This document shows, piece by piece, positions 36,462 through 49,612 of a stretch of 64,000 nucleotides of DNA. Within the stretch, counting starts at the first letter, position 1. The number at the start of each line of letters is the position of its first letter. The notes under the pieces are model-generated. The model was not told the DNA's origin. It searched no databases and worked only from the letters and a program-made list of their open reading frames with translations. Source of the stretch: the human T2T-CHM13v2.0 reference genome, Homo sapiens; the NCBI RefSeq assembly GCF_009914755.1, contig NC_060932.1. One strand, 5' to 3'. Made by a program: the position numbers and the translations under genes.

Positions 36462-37745
36462 ATGCTATGGTCTGAATGAAATTTTGTGTCCACTCCCTTC
36501 ACCCAAAAAACTTTTTGTTGAAACCGAATCTCCAATGCAATAATATTAAAGGTGGGACCTTTGAGAGCTGATTAAAAACTGACATTTGGGGTTATGAAAC
36601 ACGTCCAACATAGGTTACGAAAGCTGCAACTCATGAGTGAAATTAGTGTGCTCATAGAAGAGGCTTCAGGAAGGATGCTTGCCTTACTGACATATGAGGA
36701 CACATGGAAGATGTTTTGTATGAGAAACAACCCCTAACCAGACACCTAATCTGCTGACAATTTGATCCTGAGCCTCCCAGCCTCCCAGAATATGAGGAGG
36801 ACATTTCTATTGTTTATAAATTACCCATTTGAGGGTGTTTTGTTATAGTAACCTAAACAGATCAAGACAGAAATTAGTATCAAGAGTGGGGTCCTACTGT
36901 AACAAATACCTAAAAATGTGTTAGCAGCTTCAGAACTGGGTAATAGGGAGAAGCTGGAAGAATTTGGAGGTGCATGCTAGAAAAAGCCTGTGTTACTGTG
37001 AATTAAACATGCCTGGAGTTCCATTATTGGAACGCTAAGCATGTGGGAGTTATTTATGTCCTATTGCTCAACGCCATCACCAAAGTCTGATTGTGAAAAT
37101 TCAAAAACTTGCAACCTCAGGCATAAATGGGTTAAGGATGGTTCTGGTGAAGACTCAGAAGAGGAGAGCTGTAGATAAAGTTTCAGTCTTCTTAGAGATT
37201 ACCTAAAAGGTCATGAGCAGAAAGCACAAATATGAATGATAAAGGCTGTTCTTTATCATCCATAAAGAGGTTTAGATGGGAATGAGAAACATGTTCCAAG
37301 AAATCGAATGAAAGGTGACCCTTATTATAAAGTGGCAAAGAATTTCACTGAATTGTGTTCATGTCCTAGCGTTTTGTAGCAGGACGGACTTACAAGCAAT
37401 GAAATAGGGTATTTGGTGGAAGAACTATCTAAGCAAAGCATCGAGGGTGCAGCATGGCTTCTCTTGACTGCTTATAGTACGATGCAAGTCAGGAAAAATG
37501 AATTAAAGACAGAATTCGTCATCCAAATGGAGGCAGAACTTAACGATTTGGAAACTTCAGCCTGCGAGCAAGAAAAAAAAAACAACGGGAAAATATGTTC
37601 AGGAGAGAACAATAAGGGTGTATTCAAGTGAATGTTTGATAAGGTGATTAATATGGGTGGAGAGAAGCTACATGCTATACATAAAGGCAATGAAAGAATG
37701 ACCCTGAAGTCATTACTGAAGTACCTCCAGGGCTACTTTGGTGGT
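36462..37745 (+). mobile_element. MaLR (MST/MLT1A-type) 5' LTR (~36463-36869) plus internal sequence
   Basis: TGCTATGGTCTGAATG...TTGTTATAGTAACCTAAACAGATCAAGACA, then MaLR-internal-like GAACTGGGTAAT...GCTGGAAGAATTTGGAGG. Confidence 0.8.
37007..37131 (+). mobile_element. MER85 (PGBD3-derived piggyBac MITE)
   Basis: TTAA flanks (37003-37006, 37132-37135); palindrome GTTCCATTATTGGAAC at 37018-37033; intact right TIR AGGCATAAATGGG; left TIR partly deleted. Confidence 0.92.
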
Positions 37746-37769
37746 CACAGGCTGTATGTGTGTAAATCA

Positions 37770-38012
37770 CAGGCTGTATGTAAATCAGACACAGCCTCCT
37801 CAAGCCTGGCTATAAAATCTGGTCTACTCTCATTCTGGGCCAGAATTCCCATTCGGGAGCCCCTCTCACTCACAGGAGAGAGCTATTCTCCTTTCTCTTT
37901 TGTCTATTAAAACTCCACTCCTAAACCCACCTCTTGTGTGTATGCCTACTTGATTTCCTTGGTGTGAGATGACGAACCTTGGGTATTTACCCCAGACAAT
38001 GATGCCGTTTCA
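37770..38012 (+). mobile_element. 3' half of an LTR9/MER61-like ERV1 LTR
   Basis: Similar to 26505-26735 (AATCAGACAC-GCCTCCTCAAGCCTG-CTATAAAATCTGG...GACAATGATGCCGTTTCA). Confidence 0.8.
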
Positions 38013-39346
38013 CAACCACATGAGGAAGGACCCAAGTAGGCACTGAGACTGCAGCAGAAAGTGAACCAGAGAAACTTAATCTCCATCGCCCTCATACATA
38101 TACTCACTCCAGCCTGAAATGATGGGTTTGACGCACAAACTTCAACAGTGCAAAAGACAGAAGCCTACTATCAGTTTATTTACATAAAAAAGGGAAGGAT
38201 GACCCAAGACTAGAGGACTTGGAAATACTTCGGTTGCAGATTTAAATACACAAGCAGTATGTTTATACTACATCTGTCAATCAATGTATGTATTTATGCA
38301 TATAGGTACATATGTGTATATGAACATAGATATATATCTTTTAATTTTTAAAACAAATTTGTAGTTAATTTGTTAACTACTAATTAATGACTACTATGTT
38401 AAAAGAAAGTGTAGTTTACACACTTTGCAACCAAAAGTGAAATGCTAAATCTTCAGTAAAGATAATGAAGTAAAAACACAAATGTACTGTTTTTTTTTTC
38501 TTGACTTGTAAACCCCAAACTTGGTGCCTTACTTAGCAATTCTTTTTTTTACTGCTGTCAGCTTTTCTAAACAGTTAAATTCTGAGTGATCATTCCTGCC
38601 AGTACTGCCTGAACTTCACTCTAGCAAAGAGTCACAAGCTCTCAACTCCCCTTACTGGGTGTTTTCCTTGGCCTTGGTGTTTTTTTTGTTTTTTTTTTTT
38701 TTTTGGTTTGTTTTCCTGGAAAACCTTTTAGAAATGTTGTTCAGATACTGCTCTTTCTCCTTACCTTTACCTGTCCCAGCTCCCCACAGTTCAGTAGGAC
38801 CGCCGATGCCCTCTGTCTGCAGCCCCTATTCTGCTCAGGCCTGCCAGGAATAGGAAGCCCTTGTAATTCAAATCAACAGTCCCTTACTGAACTGAGAATG
38901 CATCCCTGAGGCCTCAGCCCTATCCCAGTGCTCTGGAATCTGTCTTACCACCTATGAGCCTATATGCCAAGTGCCAGGGGAGAACCTTGGCTTCTCAAAT
39001 CCACAGATACCTCAATGCACATGATTCTCTACTCTTCCAATGTGTGTGGCTGAACTTCTGCCTCTCTTACCCTAGTCAGGAATTTAATTCCCACCACAAC
39101 TAGTTGTGTGCCCAGATCCTCAACTTGCTGGCTTCCCCCTGGTGCTCTCAATTCTTGTGGGCTTTGCAGTTGTGTGTTGCTTCCTGCAAACCACAACAAT
39201 GACTGGAATTATGCTATTGCCAAACATCCCAGGTATTTGATGGGTTGGACTCTCCTCTCTGCCTGCTCAGTGCACAGAGCCCACTGAGTGGAGCCAGAAC
39301 TTGGCATGCTGGTGAGAACAACACTGAACCTCCCCTACCCAGCCCC

Positions 39347-39753
39347 TGTGATGGTTAATACTGAGTGTCAACTTGACTGGATGAAAGGATGCAAAGTATT
39401 GTCCCTGGGGGTGTCTGTGAGGGTGTTGCCAAAGGAGATTAACATTTGCATCAGTGGATCGGGAAAGGCATACCCACCTTTAATCTGGGTGGGGACAACT
39501 CTGCCAGCTCAGCCTGAATAAAAATATGCGGTAGGATGCAAAAAGCCTAGACTGGTTTAGCCTCCCAGCCTACATCTTTCTCCCGTGCTGGATACTTCCT
39601 GCCCTTGAACATCTGACTCCAAGTTCTTCCGCTTTGGGACTCAGATTGCCTTCCTTGCACCTCAATTTGCAGACAGACAGCTTGTTGGGGAACCTTGTGA
39701 TCATGTGACTTAATACTCCTTAATAAACTTATAAACACATACATACATGTATA

Positions 39754-39801
<48 letters not shown>

Positions 39802-39836
39802 CTATTAGTTCTGTCCCTCCAGAGAACCCCAACACA
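39347..39836 (+). mobile_element. MLT2A (HERV-L) solo LTR with (TG)n at ~39745-39800
   Basis: TGTGATGGTTAATACTGAGTGTCAACTTGA start; degenerate TSD GCCCC (39342-39346) / GCCAC (39837-39841). Confidence 0.9.
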
Positions 39837-40479
39837 GCCACGCTCTGTGGCTGTATGCCACCCACTCCTACTCCACCTCACCCAGCCAGCCCTGCCCAGC
39901 ATGGATGAGCTCTTCCTGGACTTTCCCTCTGGGGCTCACAGTCCTCCTCCTCTGCTGATTCCATCAACAACCTCAGACTGATGCTGGGGAAGTAATTTAG
40001 CAGACACAGTTTAGCAATTTAGCATTTTTCTGGCCTTTCTTTTTACAACCAGGCTGTTATTCAAAAGCAAAGTTTAGCCCATATGCATAGCATACATGTA
40101 CTGTATTTATGTGTTAAATACATTTCTTCTCCACCCATTCCTTGTTGCTTCACTTATCCAAATATTATCCAGGCCTTAAAGGTCTAATCATGAGTTGCCT
40201 CCCTTTTAAAGACTTTTTCTCCATTTTAAACTCTATTGATCTCTTCATTTCTTAGGACTACTACTAACATAATTTAAATCTTGATTTTGCTCTAAGTCCT
40301 CCTTCATTTTCCTCAGATCTTTAAGTGTGTGTGTATGTTTGTGTGTGTTTCCAACCAAGACTATAAGCTCTCAGACTGCAGAGGTTATGCCTTACTTTCT
40401 TGTTTTCTCTCCCAATATACTTTTTAATAAGATTATTGCCAGAAAAGGAAGGCCTTGGCCTCAAAAGCAGCAGTGGTGA

Positions 40480-40745
40480 GTCCAGGTGCAGTGGCTCATA
40501 CCTGTAATCCCAGCAGTTCAGGAGGCCAAGGCAGGAGGATCACTGGATGCCAGGAGTTCAAGACTAGCTTGGGTGACACAGTGAGACTGCATCTCTACAA
40601 AAAATTAGCCAGGTGTGGTGGCTCACACCTGTAGTCTCAGCTACTTGGGAGGCTCAGATGAGAGGATCTCCTGAGCCCAGCAGTTGGAGGCCCCACTCCA
40701 GCCTGGGTGAGAGAGTAAAACAACGTCTATTAAAAAAAAAAAAAA
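40480..40745 (+). mobile_element. AluJ element with a deletion in the right arm
   Basis: Dimeric Alu with poly(A). Confidence 0.85.
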
Positions 40746-40752
40746 TAGATGT

Positions 40753-41072
40753 GACCAGGTGTGGTGGCTCACTCCTGTAATCCTAGCACTTTGGGAGGCC
40801 AAGGTGGGTGGATATCCTGAGGTCAGGAGTTTGAGACCACCCTGGCCAACATGGCAAAACCCAGTCTCTACTAAAAATACAAAAAATTTGCAGGGCATGG
40901 TGGCAGGAGCCTGCAGTCCCAGCTACTCAGGAGGCTGAGGCAGAAGAATTGCTTGAACCTGGGAGGTGGAGGTCACAGTGAGCCGAGATGGTGCCACTGC
41001 ACTCCACCCTGGGCAACAGAGTGAGACACTGTCTCAAAAAAACAAAACAAAGAAAAAAAAACAACAACAACA
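40753..41072 (+). mobile_element. AluS element, in tandem with the upstream AluJ
   Basis: Full dimeric Alu with an A/CAA-rich tail. Confidence 0.92.
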
Positions 41073-44024
41073 AATACAGGTGTAAGTTAGGTGTGACTTT
41101 GTTCCAGTGGGCAGACATTACAATGTCCTGGAAGATGAGGTATGGAGTGGAAAGAGCTGTTGAGTGGACTTAAAGAAGGCAGTGAGCTTCCTGACAGCAG
41201 GTCAAGGAAAATCATCAGGTGCTCCAGATTACCTCTGCTAACTTTTCCTGAGTCTCAGACAATAAAACCCAAAGCCCAAGAAGTCTTTCCAGCCCAAGAT
41301 GGCCACATCATTCTCTCAGCGAAGATTCTGTGCCAAAAACAAATCACTGCCAAGCCCCAAGTTTAAGCCCCCAACCCACCATTATGTCATCACTGCTGCA
41401 AATCAGGCAAGGACCGGAGCCAACGTGCCTCTTGTTGGGTAGAAAACAGATGGCTGGACCCAAGAAAGCTGACGGAAGGAATCGCAAAACAAGTATCAAT
41501 CAATCCAAGCAACTCGGCATTAGCAAACAGACGGCTTCGCAGCTCTGGGCAGGGCTCTCTGGTGGCGTTTTTAGCGGCATTCCTAATTAAGGATGAGCTG
41601 TGGAACTCATCAGCCACCCTACGTCCCTGTTAAATGTGGCAGGTGGCATCGAGAGCCCCTCCTACTATGACTTCTCAGTTGTGCTCAAGAAGGGCACATC
41701 AGTGCCAGCCAAGGATCTGTGAACAGAAACAGAATGGAGGAGGAATTTAAAGGGACATCATCCCCCAGAATAAAGTCCCATTGGCCTTCTAGGCTGTGTC
41801 TCCCAGTCCAGCACTTCTGTTGGTGGCTCGAGGTGAATTCTGGCTCTCTGATGAGATGCAGATTCCAATGGTAGTACAGATTCTTCCAGGAGAATGGCCC
41901 CCTGTTACAGCTTTGGTGATTCCCAGAGCACTTAGAATAGTGCTTGAAACATTCACAAATGTTTTCCAGCTTGATCCATTGGGTTTTATTTAGAATCCTA
42001 AATGTTCCATTTTGGCTGTCCCACTTACCTGGGTCTTTATCCTCTGTCCACTCTTAATACTTTTTGCATATTTCCACTGTGTTGGCTACATCTCTGAAGT
42101 TCTTGAGGAAGACAGCCAGGACTTATGTTTTCCTCTGGATCCTTCTATCTCTCTAGTACCTGAATCAGGAATGAGCAAATCATGAGCTGGCCATTCATGC
42201 TTGCTGACCTCACTTGATGTTCAGGACTGACTGGATGTGGGTTACGCCCATGAGTCTCTGAGGCCAGGGTCCTCTCTTGCCACTTGCTCTATTGTTCACC
42301 TATGCCACTGTGTGAGGAATGCTATCACCCTACTAAACTCCATTACAACATCAGGGGGATGTGGCGTCTTTGTGTTCCCAGTTTAGTAATCAGAAGGAGT
42401 CAATGACCTTACATCAAGCTCAAATAGTCATTTTACCCAGAGTACAGAATACTGACTCTGACGTTTCCCATTTGTGTAATCCTCACGTGATCAATTTAAC
42501 ATTATTAAACTAGATGAAACCTGTAACATGCCCAACATGGTTTCCGAAACACGGAACATGCTCCACTTGTGATTGCAAATTTAAGATTTTTTAATTATAA
42601 GAATTAAAAAACTTTATTCGTTGTATTGTAAGATTTGTATTTCCTTGAGGTCCTTAGCTTAGATTCCCATTGGTGAAAAGGAAAAGAATACAAAATAAAG
42701 AACTTTTTAAAAAATAGGTGAAACATGGCTATAACCTCACAGATTTCCTTCTAAGTATTCGGATTTTAGACTTCAAGAGTGATGAGAGTGATTCTCTGAT
42801 CACTGGTGGAACCAAGTTTATTGCTTTCAAGGTCATTCTGCTTTTTTCATGTTGTTGCTATCTCTTGCAAACCATAGTGATCCCGATGTGTGGACAGCAA
42901 GGAAAGACTGGACAAGCAGGTGTCATAAATCCCAAGAGGCAGGTGAGGGCAGGATCCCACAGCAACAAACTTAGGGTAAAACATGGATCGCCCTGGGAAG
43001 CAAAGGACCCTAAGGTGTGGAAATCCTAAACTCAGTGAGAATAGATCAGGAACAAGCCAATGGGAGCAAAGAGGTCAAGAAAAGTCAAGCTCCGATTCTG
43101 CCAACCAGATCTCCGCCCAGAAGATGTGGTCCTATGTAAGGACTGTGTGTACGATTGGACTTTTCACCTAACTAGAAGCAGAAAACCGAGTGCACTCGAG
43201 AAAATTACGGGACTGTTGAGAAAGGTAGAACACCAACTATGGATGTGTTCTGACTCCACTTGAGTCAAAGATAGGGACCCGATGGGGTGGTAGTACAAAT
43301 GGCAGGTGCTCCTCATTGCTCTAGTCTTTCAGATATGCCTGCCAATGGCAGTGCTGGGAGCGAGGACTGGAGGCGTGCACGGGGTGACCTCTCAGATCCT
43401 TCTCTCCGTTTCTCACCCAGACTCCCCTCCTGCCCACCTGCATTGATTCTGGAGTTCCATGTTGCTTCTCCATGAGAGTCTGTGGGTGGACGGCCTTTAT
43501 TAGAAGGGGATGATATGTGATATAAAAATCACACACATAAAATCAATTTTGCAGGGGCCTAGAAAAAGCCATAAATGACAGGTCCATAGATAGTTATTTT
43601 AAAAAATCCAGGTTAAATATTCACAAGGCTGAGTGGCTCAGTGGTCTCAAAGCCTGCTCCTGTCTGATTCTATGAGGCTATCTCACTATTTAACAAATAT
43701 ATACCTGACTGAAATTCTCAATAGACCAGGAATCAAGGATTTAATGAGAAAGGACCAAAGCCATCTGAAGGCATCAGAAAAGACAGAGATGTTCTTAGAG
43801 TCTGATTGGGCTGGTGTTCCCTGCCTCTACCTGACAGGCTTGCCTTCAAATTAATTAAAAAGTCAAATTTGACTGTCATCCCAGTATCTGGTGAAGGAAC
43901 AAGCTGTCCATAAATCACCTTGCGTTTGCATAAAAATTGTATGCTTTTCTAAGTGCTTTATCATCCATTGGCTCATCTGAACTTCATGGCAACTCTGCAA
44001 AGTAGGCAAGCAAAGAATTGGTGA

Positions 44025-44280
44025 AACAGCCATAGAAAATGCTGGAGCCAGACTGTCAGAGTTCAAACTCTTGCTCAGCCTTTTCCCAGCTGATGACCTT
44101 GGCCAAGTGACTGACCTCTCAGTACCTCTACCTCCTTTCTCCATAAAATGGGCACAATCATAATACCTGCATCATAGTGTTTTGGGAGGAAAAATAAATT
44201 AGCTGATATGTGTAAAACAGTTACAATAATGCCTGGTAGATTTTTTTAAAGCTGGAAAAAATATTTGCCTTCAATTATTA
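44025..44280 (+). mobile_element. MIR SINE
   Basis: CTGGAGCCAGACTG...GACCTTGGCCAAGTGACTGACCTCTC...TAAAATGGG. Confidence 0.75.
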
Positions 44281-46711
44281 TTGGTCTCACTTTATGGTTG
44301 TATCCTCAGCTTTAGACCCAGAATTACCACTAGCTAGAAATTCACTTCAACACTAACCTCAATTTCCTCATATACAAAATGAGGGCTCATCCCTACCTAC
44401 CTCATAGACCTCCTAACAGATACAGAGGATAATGCATCAGAAAATGCCTTGCAAGCTGCAACAGGTTACAGACTTCAAAGAATAGCATTCCTTCCATGTC
44501 CTCCCAATAGGGATGGATCTGATATCACCAACCTCGCTAGGTTCTACTCTCAGACCTTCACAGAGGACAAGTGGATATTGAGAAACACCAGAAATGGAGC
44601 TGTTATTGATGCTTTACCCCAAATCCTTTGTTCCCTCCAGCTCCCACCAGGACCAGCCCAGCATCAGTAAAGCAGAGAGGAGAAGAAGCACCTGCCTGGA
44701 GGGGTAGGGTGTCTCCACAGCCCCCAGCAGATGTGCCAAAGCCCAGCAAAGGTTCTGAGAGACAGGCCCATCTGCCTCTCCTCCCTGACAGCTAAAAAAA
44801 TTCTTCCATCACCAGAGTGTGTCACAACCTGTCAAAGATCAGTTTGATGTTTACAGTCCAGGGTGAGGAACAGGTCTGATGTGAAACAAGGCAGCCGCAA
44901 GGTTGCCTGAACCCTGCCAAGGCATGAATCAGGGCTCCGAGAAGGTGAGAGAGGGGAGGGTAGAACATACTGAACCCTCTGTGTTTTGTCCTAAGTCCTC
45001 ACCACATTATTTTTTTAGGAAGAGATCCTGAAAGGAAAACCAAACACAAATTGACAACATCAAATTTCAACCAAACTGTCAAGCAAGCATGGAGCATTCC
45101 AGGAACGCCAAGAAGTGGATTCCCAAACATAATGAGGTGGGAGGCACGTGGCATCTCATCAGGGAGCATTAATTCTCTTCTGTAGGACCTTCTTGGGGAC
45201 AGGGGTCAGGATGAACGGGCTGTGACCCCTCCTCACGTGTCTCCCTAGTAGTTGAGCTAGTACCCTGCTCAGTACATTAAGGCTCTGCATGATATTGTAT
45301 TTGAAAATGAGATTCTTCAGCTAGAAGCACAGACATAAATAAATAATATCATGAGTCACTGTGTTCTGAGCAAGACGGCCCAGCTAGAAGGAGCAGGTCA
45401 CCTCCCTAACACTACTAGGATGCCCTCCACGGGATCCCCTGTATTTTTATTATTTCACCACCAAATACTTGTGCACCAAACACTCTGGACAGGTACCAGA
45501 AATGCTAAAGGTTTTACATCCAGTTCCTTCCTTAATAGGTTTACAAGGAGGCTGAGGACAGGACATATACTTTATCAGAAGATATACCCAGGAAGTGGGC
45601 CAGGCCTGTGTGTGCCAGAGCCAGGGTAGCCAGCACAGGCTTCCTAGGGGCAGTGTGGCCAGAGCAGTGCCTGCGAGACAGGAAATCATAAAGGAGGCAG
45701 AAAATAGAGAAGAGGCAAGAAGGGATGGCGTCTGCAGAGGAATGCAGGCTTAGATGGGCAGGAGGATCTGGAGGCAATGAGTAGATGACCTGGGAGCAGA
45801 GGATTCCTGTAACGGAGTAAAAGGGATGATGGGAGGAGAAGCAAAGAATAATTCTCAGTCTATTCAAAGACACAAATGGTCAAAAGAACCCAAAAGCAGT
45901 ACATGTGTGACCTATCTGTGTATTTGAGTTCAGGTTGTATTGTTCAAGCTCCTTGCCCACTTCCACTAGGGATGGAGACAAGAGAAGGGAACTGGGGAAG
46001 GGAGAGAAAAGTAAAGAGGGGCAAGTGTGAGGTCTGCATGAAGAGGCTCACTGATGTCCTTGCCTTTCCCTGTTCCAGCCCCATCCCATACAGGGCACAT
46101 AGCCCAAGGCTGGATCCCACACCAAGACAGGAGATGGAACTGAGATAGAATCTGAGGCCAGAGTGGATCACAGTGGGAGGGGGGCTGTGACTTGCATGGA
46201 GTGGCTGCAGGAGGGCTGGGGTGGAGTGGGAGAGGGAAGCAGGGTCCCACGATGTTCCTGAACCACAGGCCCTCCCCACACCCTGACTATGCCCCACTGA
46301 GGCTGAAGCCTTGCAAGTCATGTCCACCCCTAGGGAAAAAAGCAATGCAGTCAAACTATCAATCAATCACCAAAAGCAAGCAAGACATTTCCTCTGTTCC
46401 TTTTTGGGGCCTCAAGAGGATTGGGCCTGGGACACAGACACACAGATTCACTGGCAGGAACACAGAAAGGAACCCACAAGGATGGCATTGTGGCCCCTGT
46501 CCATACTACTAATCCAGACTTAGATTTGTCCACATCTATATGGACCTCTGCATTCCGTCTACTCACCTGCACCTTCTCTCATGAGCAGACACGCACCAAG
46601 AAACACATATAGAAATGTGAGAGGATCCCCAACACCTATCCCCCAGACCTCAAGCACATACCCTCTGGCCTAGCATCTGATCTTCAAGCCTAACAATGGC
46701 AAGTAAGGAGG

Positions 46712-46910
46712 GTAGGGTTGCCAGATAAGACACAAGACACCCAGTCAAATTAGAGTATCAGATAAGCAACAAGTCATGTTTTAGTCTAAGTATGTCCTAA
46801 ATAATGCATGGGATATACTTATCCTTAAAAAAAAAAAAAAAAACACTAGATTTTTTGTTTGTCTGGAATTCTGATTTAACTTATATCCTGTATTTTTAGT
46901 GGCAGCCCTA
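46712..46910. mobile_element. MER53 palindromic hAT MITE with an A-run expansion
   Basis: TAGGGTTGCCAGAT...TGGCAGCCCTA termini. Confidence 0.85.
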
Positions 46911-47424
46911 GAAAGATGACAGGTGGAGGTGAGGGAGGAGGAGAGAGAAGATGAGGGGAGGGAAGGAAGAAATAGGCAGGCAGTAGCTCTGTTTTAAAAT
47001 AATAATAATAAAATAACATACCTAAACACTTTAGCGAGTTGCAAAAACATCAGGGCAGATGAGCCACGTCTTCCCAAGGTCACCTCTTCCCAAGATGACC
47101 CAACAGGACATCTTTCTGGGTCACGAACTTCTAAAGGGTGATAATGCAGCAGTCCCACAAGACACTCCTTTGCATATTTAATATTCAACATAATGATGCT
47201 CAAATCATTTAATACTCAGAATACTCTACAAAATGGTATTATGATTTCCATTGCACAGAGGTTCAGAAGAGTTAAGTCATTTGCCCAAAGTCCCTATCTT
47301 TAAATGACATATCCAGGATTGTAAGCCTGACCAGACCCCAAACCTGCCTTCCCTCCAACACCCCATATCCAGAGCCCGAATGCCATCCTCAGCATCAGCC
47401 GAGGGAACATTCTGCAAGAATGGA

Positions 47425-47592
47425 ACTGCTCTGAATCTGCACTCTCCAATATGGGAGGCTCAAACCCATGTAGCTACTGGGCACTGAAAGTGTGTGTCTA
47501 GGGAGATGGAGCAACGGAAGTCTTCATTTAATTTTCATTTCATTTCATTTTAAATAATGAAAAACTTTAAAAGCCACATGTAGCTTGTGGAT
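47425..47592. mobile_element. MER3/MER33-like hAT relic
   Basis: CTGCACTCTCCAATATGG...CCCATGTAGCTACTGGGCACTGAAA...AGCCACATGTAGCT. Confidence 0.6.
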
Positions 47593-49359
47593 CCCGGAAT
47601 GGAAAGCACAGATAACAGCTCCTCCCTGTCCAGGGAGCCAAGCTCCCCCGACCCCCTTTGTCTGTCCCTTTGATTGCCCTGAAGCCTGGGCCTGGCATCC
47701 CCTATATAGCAAAAGGGTCCCAAGAAACACAAGATGCAGTTGTAATGTCCTTGGAAATCATCCCTTCCACCTCCTCACCTCCAAGATGGGGAATCTGACA
47801 GCCAAGGAGCCAGAGGCCCCAGGATCATTTCAGGGACAGAGCTAGTATTGGAGAGTGGGCTTCTCACTCCCACACCCCTGTTCTTTTCTGGCTTAGAATG
47901 GGAAAAGCAAAACTCAGTGGTTCCCAGCACAGGCTGGGCAGCCCTAGAAGTCCCCTCCGGGATCTGAGCCCCACCTCGAAAACACCTACTGTTTTCTGAA
48001 AGGATATGAAAGGAGACTCATCTCAGAGACCAGAAGAGATAAGTCTATCTGATTAATGCAGAGAATTTGAGAGACAAAGTAATAAATGACAACATTAGCA
48101 CAAAACCTTGCTGAGTGTGCTCCCCCCATTACCTCAGAATCATAATTACATCAGCCTTTCATATTACACACCCTAGTAATTATAGTCGGCTAACGGCTTC
48201 CCACTGAAATCAGATATTAACTTTTTATTATACCCTCTGAGAGCAGGTTGGAGATAATCACAGCATCAAGGAAGTCTGGGGTGGTCCCTAGAAGGTCAGC
48301 AGCCCCAGTGACCTCCTTCAGGGGCAATCCAGCCCAGTCAATGCCCCACCCATCTAGGACCACGAGATACTCCTGTTACGGTTGTATCCTCTGTAACAGA
48401 ATCCAGTGAGGAGTGAGGGGTCCTGAAATCCAGTCCAAACTCACTTGCTAAACTCTGCACCATGGAACAAGTCTTTCTCTAATCCATTCACAGGGTCCCC
48501 CACCTCCACTGCACACACTCCTCAAGGCTGGGACTCTCAGGGCCTCAGCCCGCTGGAGAAGAGACTTGTTCTCTGGAGAGCAACTGTGATGTAAAGGCAT
48601 GACTAGTGTGCTAGTCCTGTTTTTGACAACTATGCATAGGGTGACCTTGGACCAGTCATCTCCCATCTTTGAGGCTTGGTTACTCCTGTCTTGACAAGGA
48701 GGATGTCTGTTCTGCCATCCTCATAGGGATGCTATAAAAATCAAATGAGATCACGGCTTTGAAAGTACTTTCTATTCTCGACATCCCACATGAACATCAG
48801 GCTTTATTAATTATTTGGCTGGCTCTCACCCCCAGGAGTCATTGTGGGAGGCTGAGCTGCCCGTCCCCTGGCACACCAAGCTTGCCTGGCATTCATAGGT
48901 TGTCATGCTTTGGTCCTCAGCACTTCGCAGATCAGCAGATCCCACATGAGACTCTCAAGGACTACCACTACTGGGGGAAATACACATTTATATGTTAATT
49001 CTTTAGACTTTTGAAAGCGTTTGTGCATACATTATCTCATTTGAACTTCACAGCCATTCAGTGATTTGTAGGGAAGGCACTCTCCTCACTTTGCAGAAAA
49101 GGAAACAAACTCAGGGGAGTGAAATGACTCCTGGAGTTGCATAAATTCAAATTTACACTTCTGTAAGAGACACAGGTAGGGGTGGGACTTTCTCTCTGCA
49201 ATCACAGCGCTCATGAGGCTTCGGGTCCAGCAGACACTTGGGCATTGATACTTGATGAATAATGAGAAGATGAATGAGTGGATAAATAAGCAAACATCTC
49301 AAAGCCATCTAACAGCCCCAAATCTGGATTCACACAGCAGGAGAGACAGGCACAAGTCA

Positions 49360-49612
<253 letters not shown>

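Noticed and set aside
42524-42563. Three AACATG cores as a p53 response element
   Set aside because: Only one perfect half-site (GAACATGCTC); spacing does not give a canonical full site
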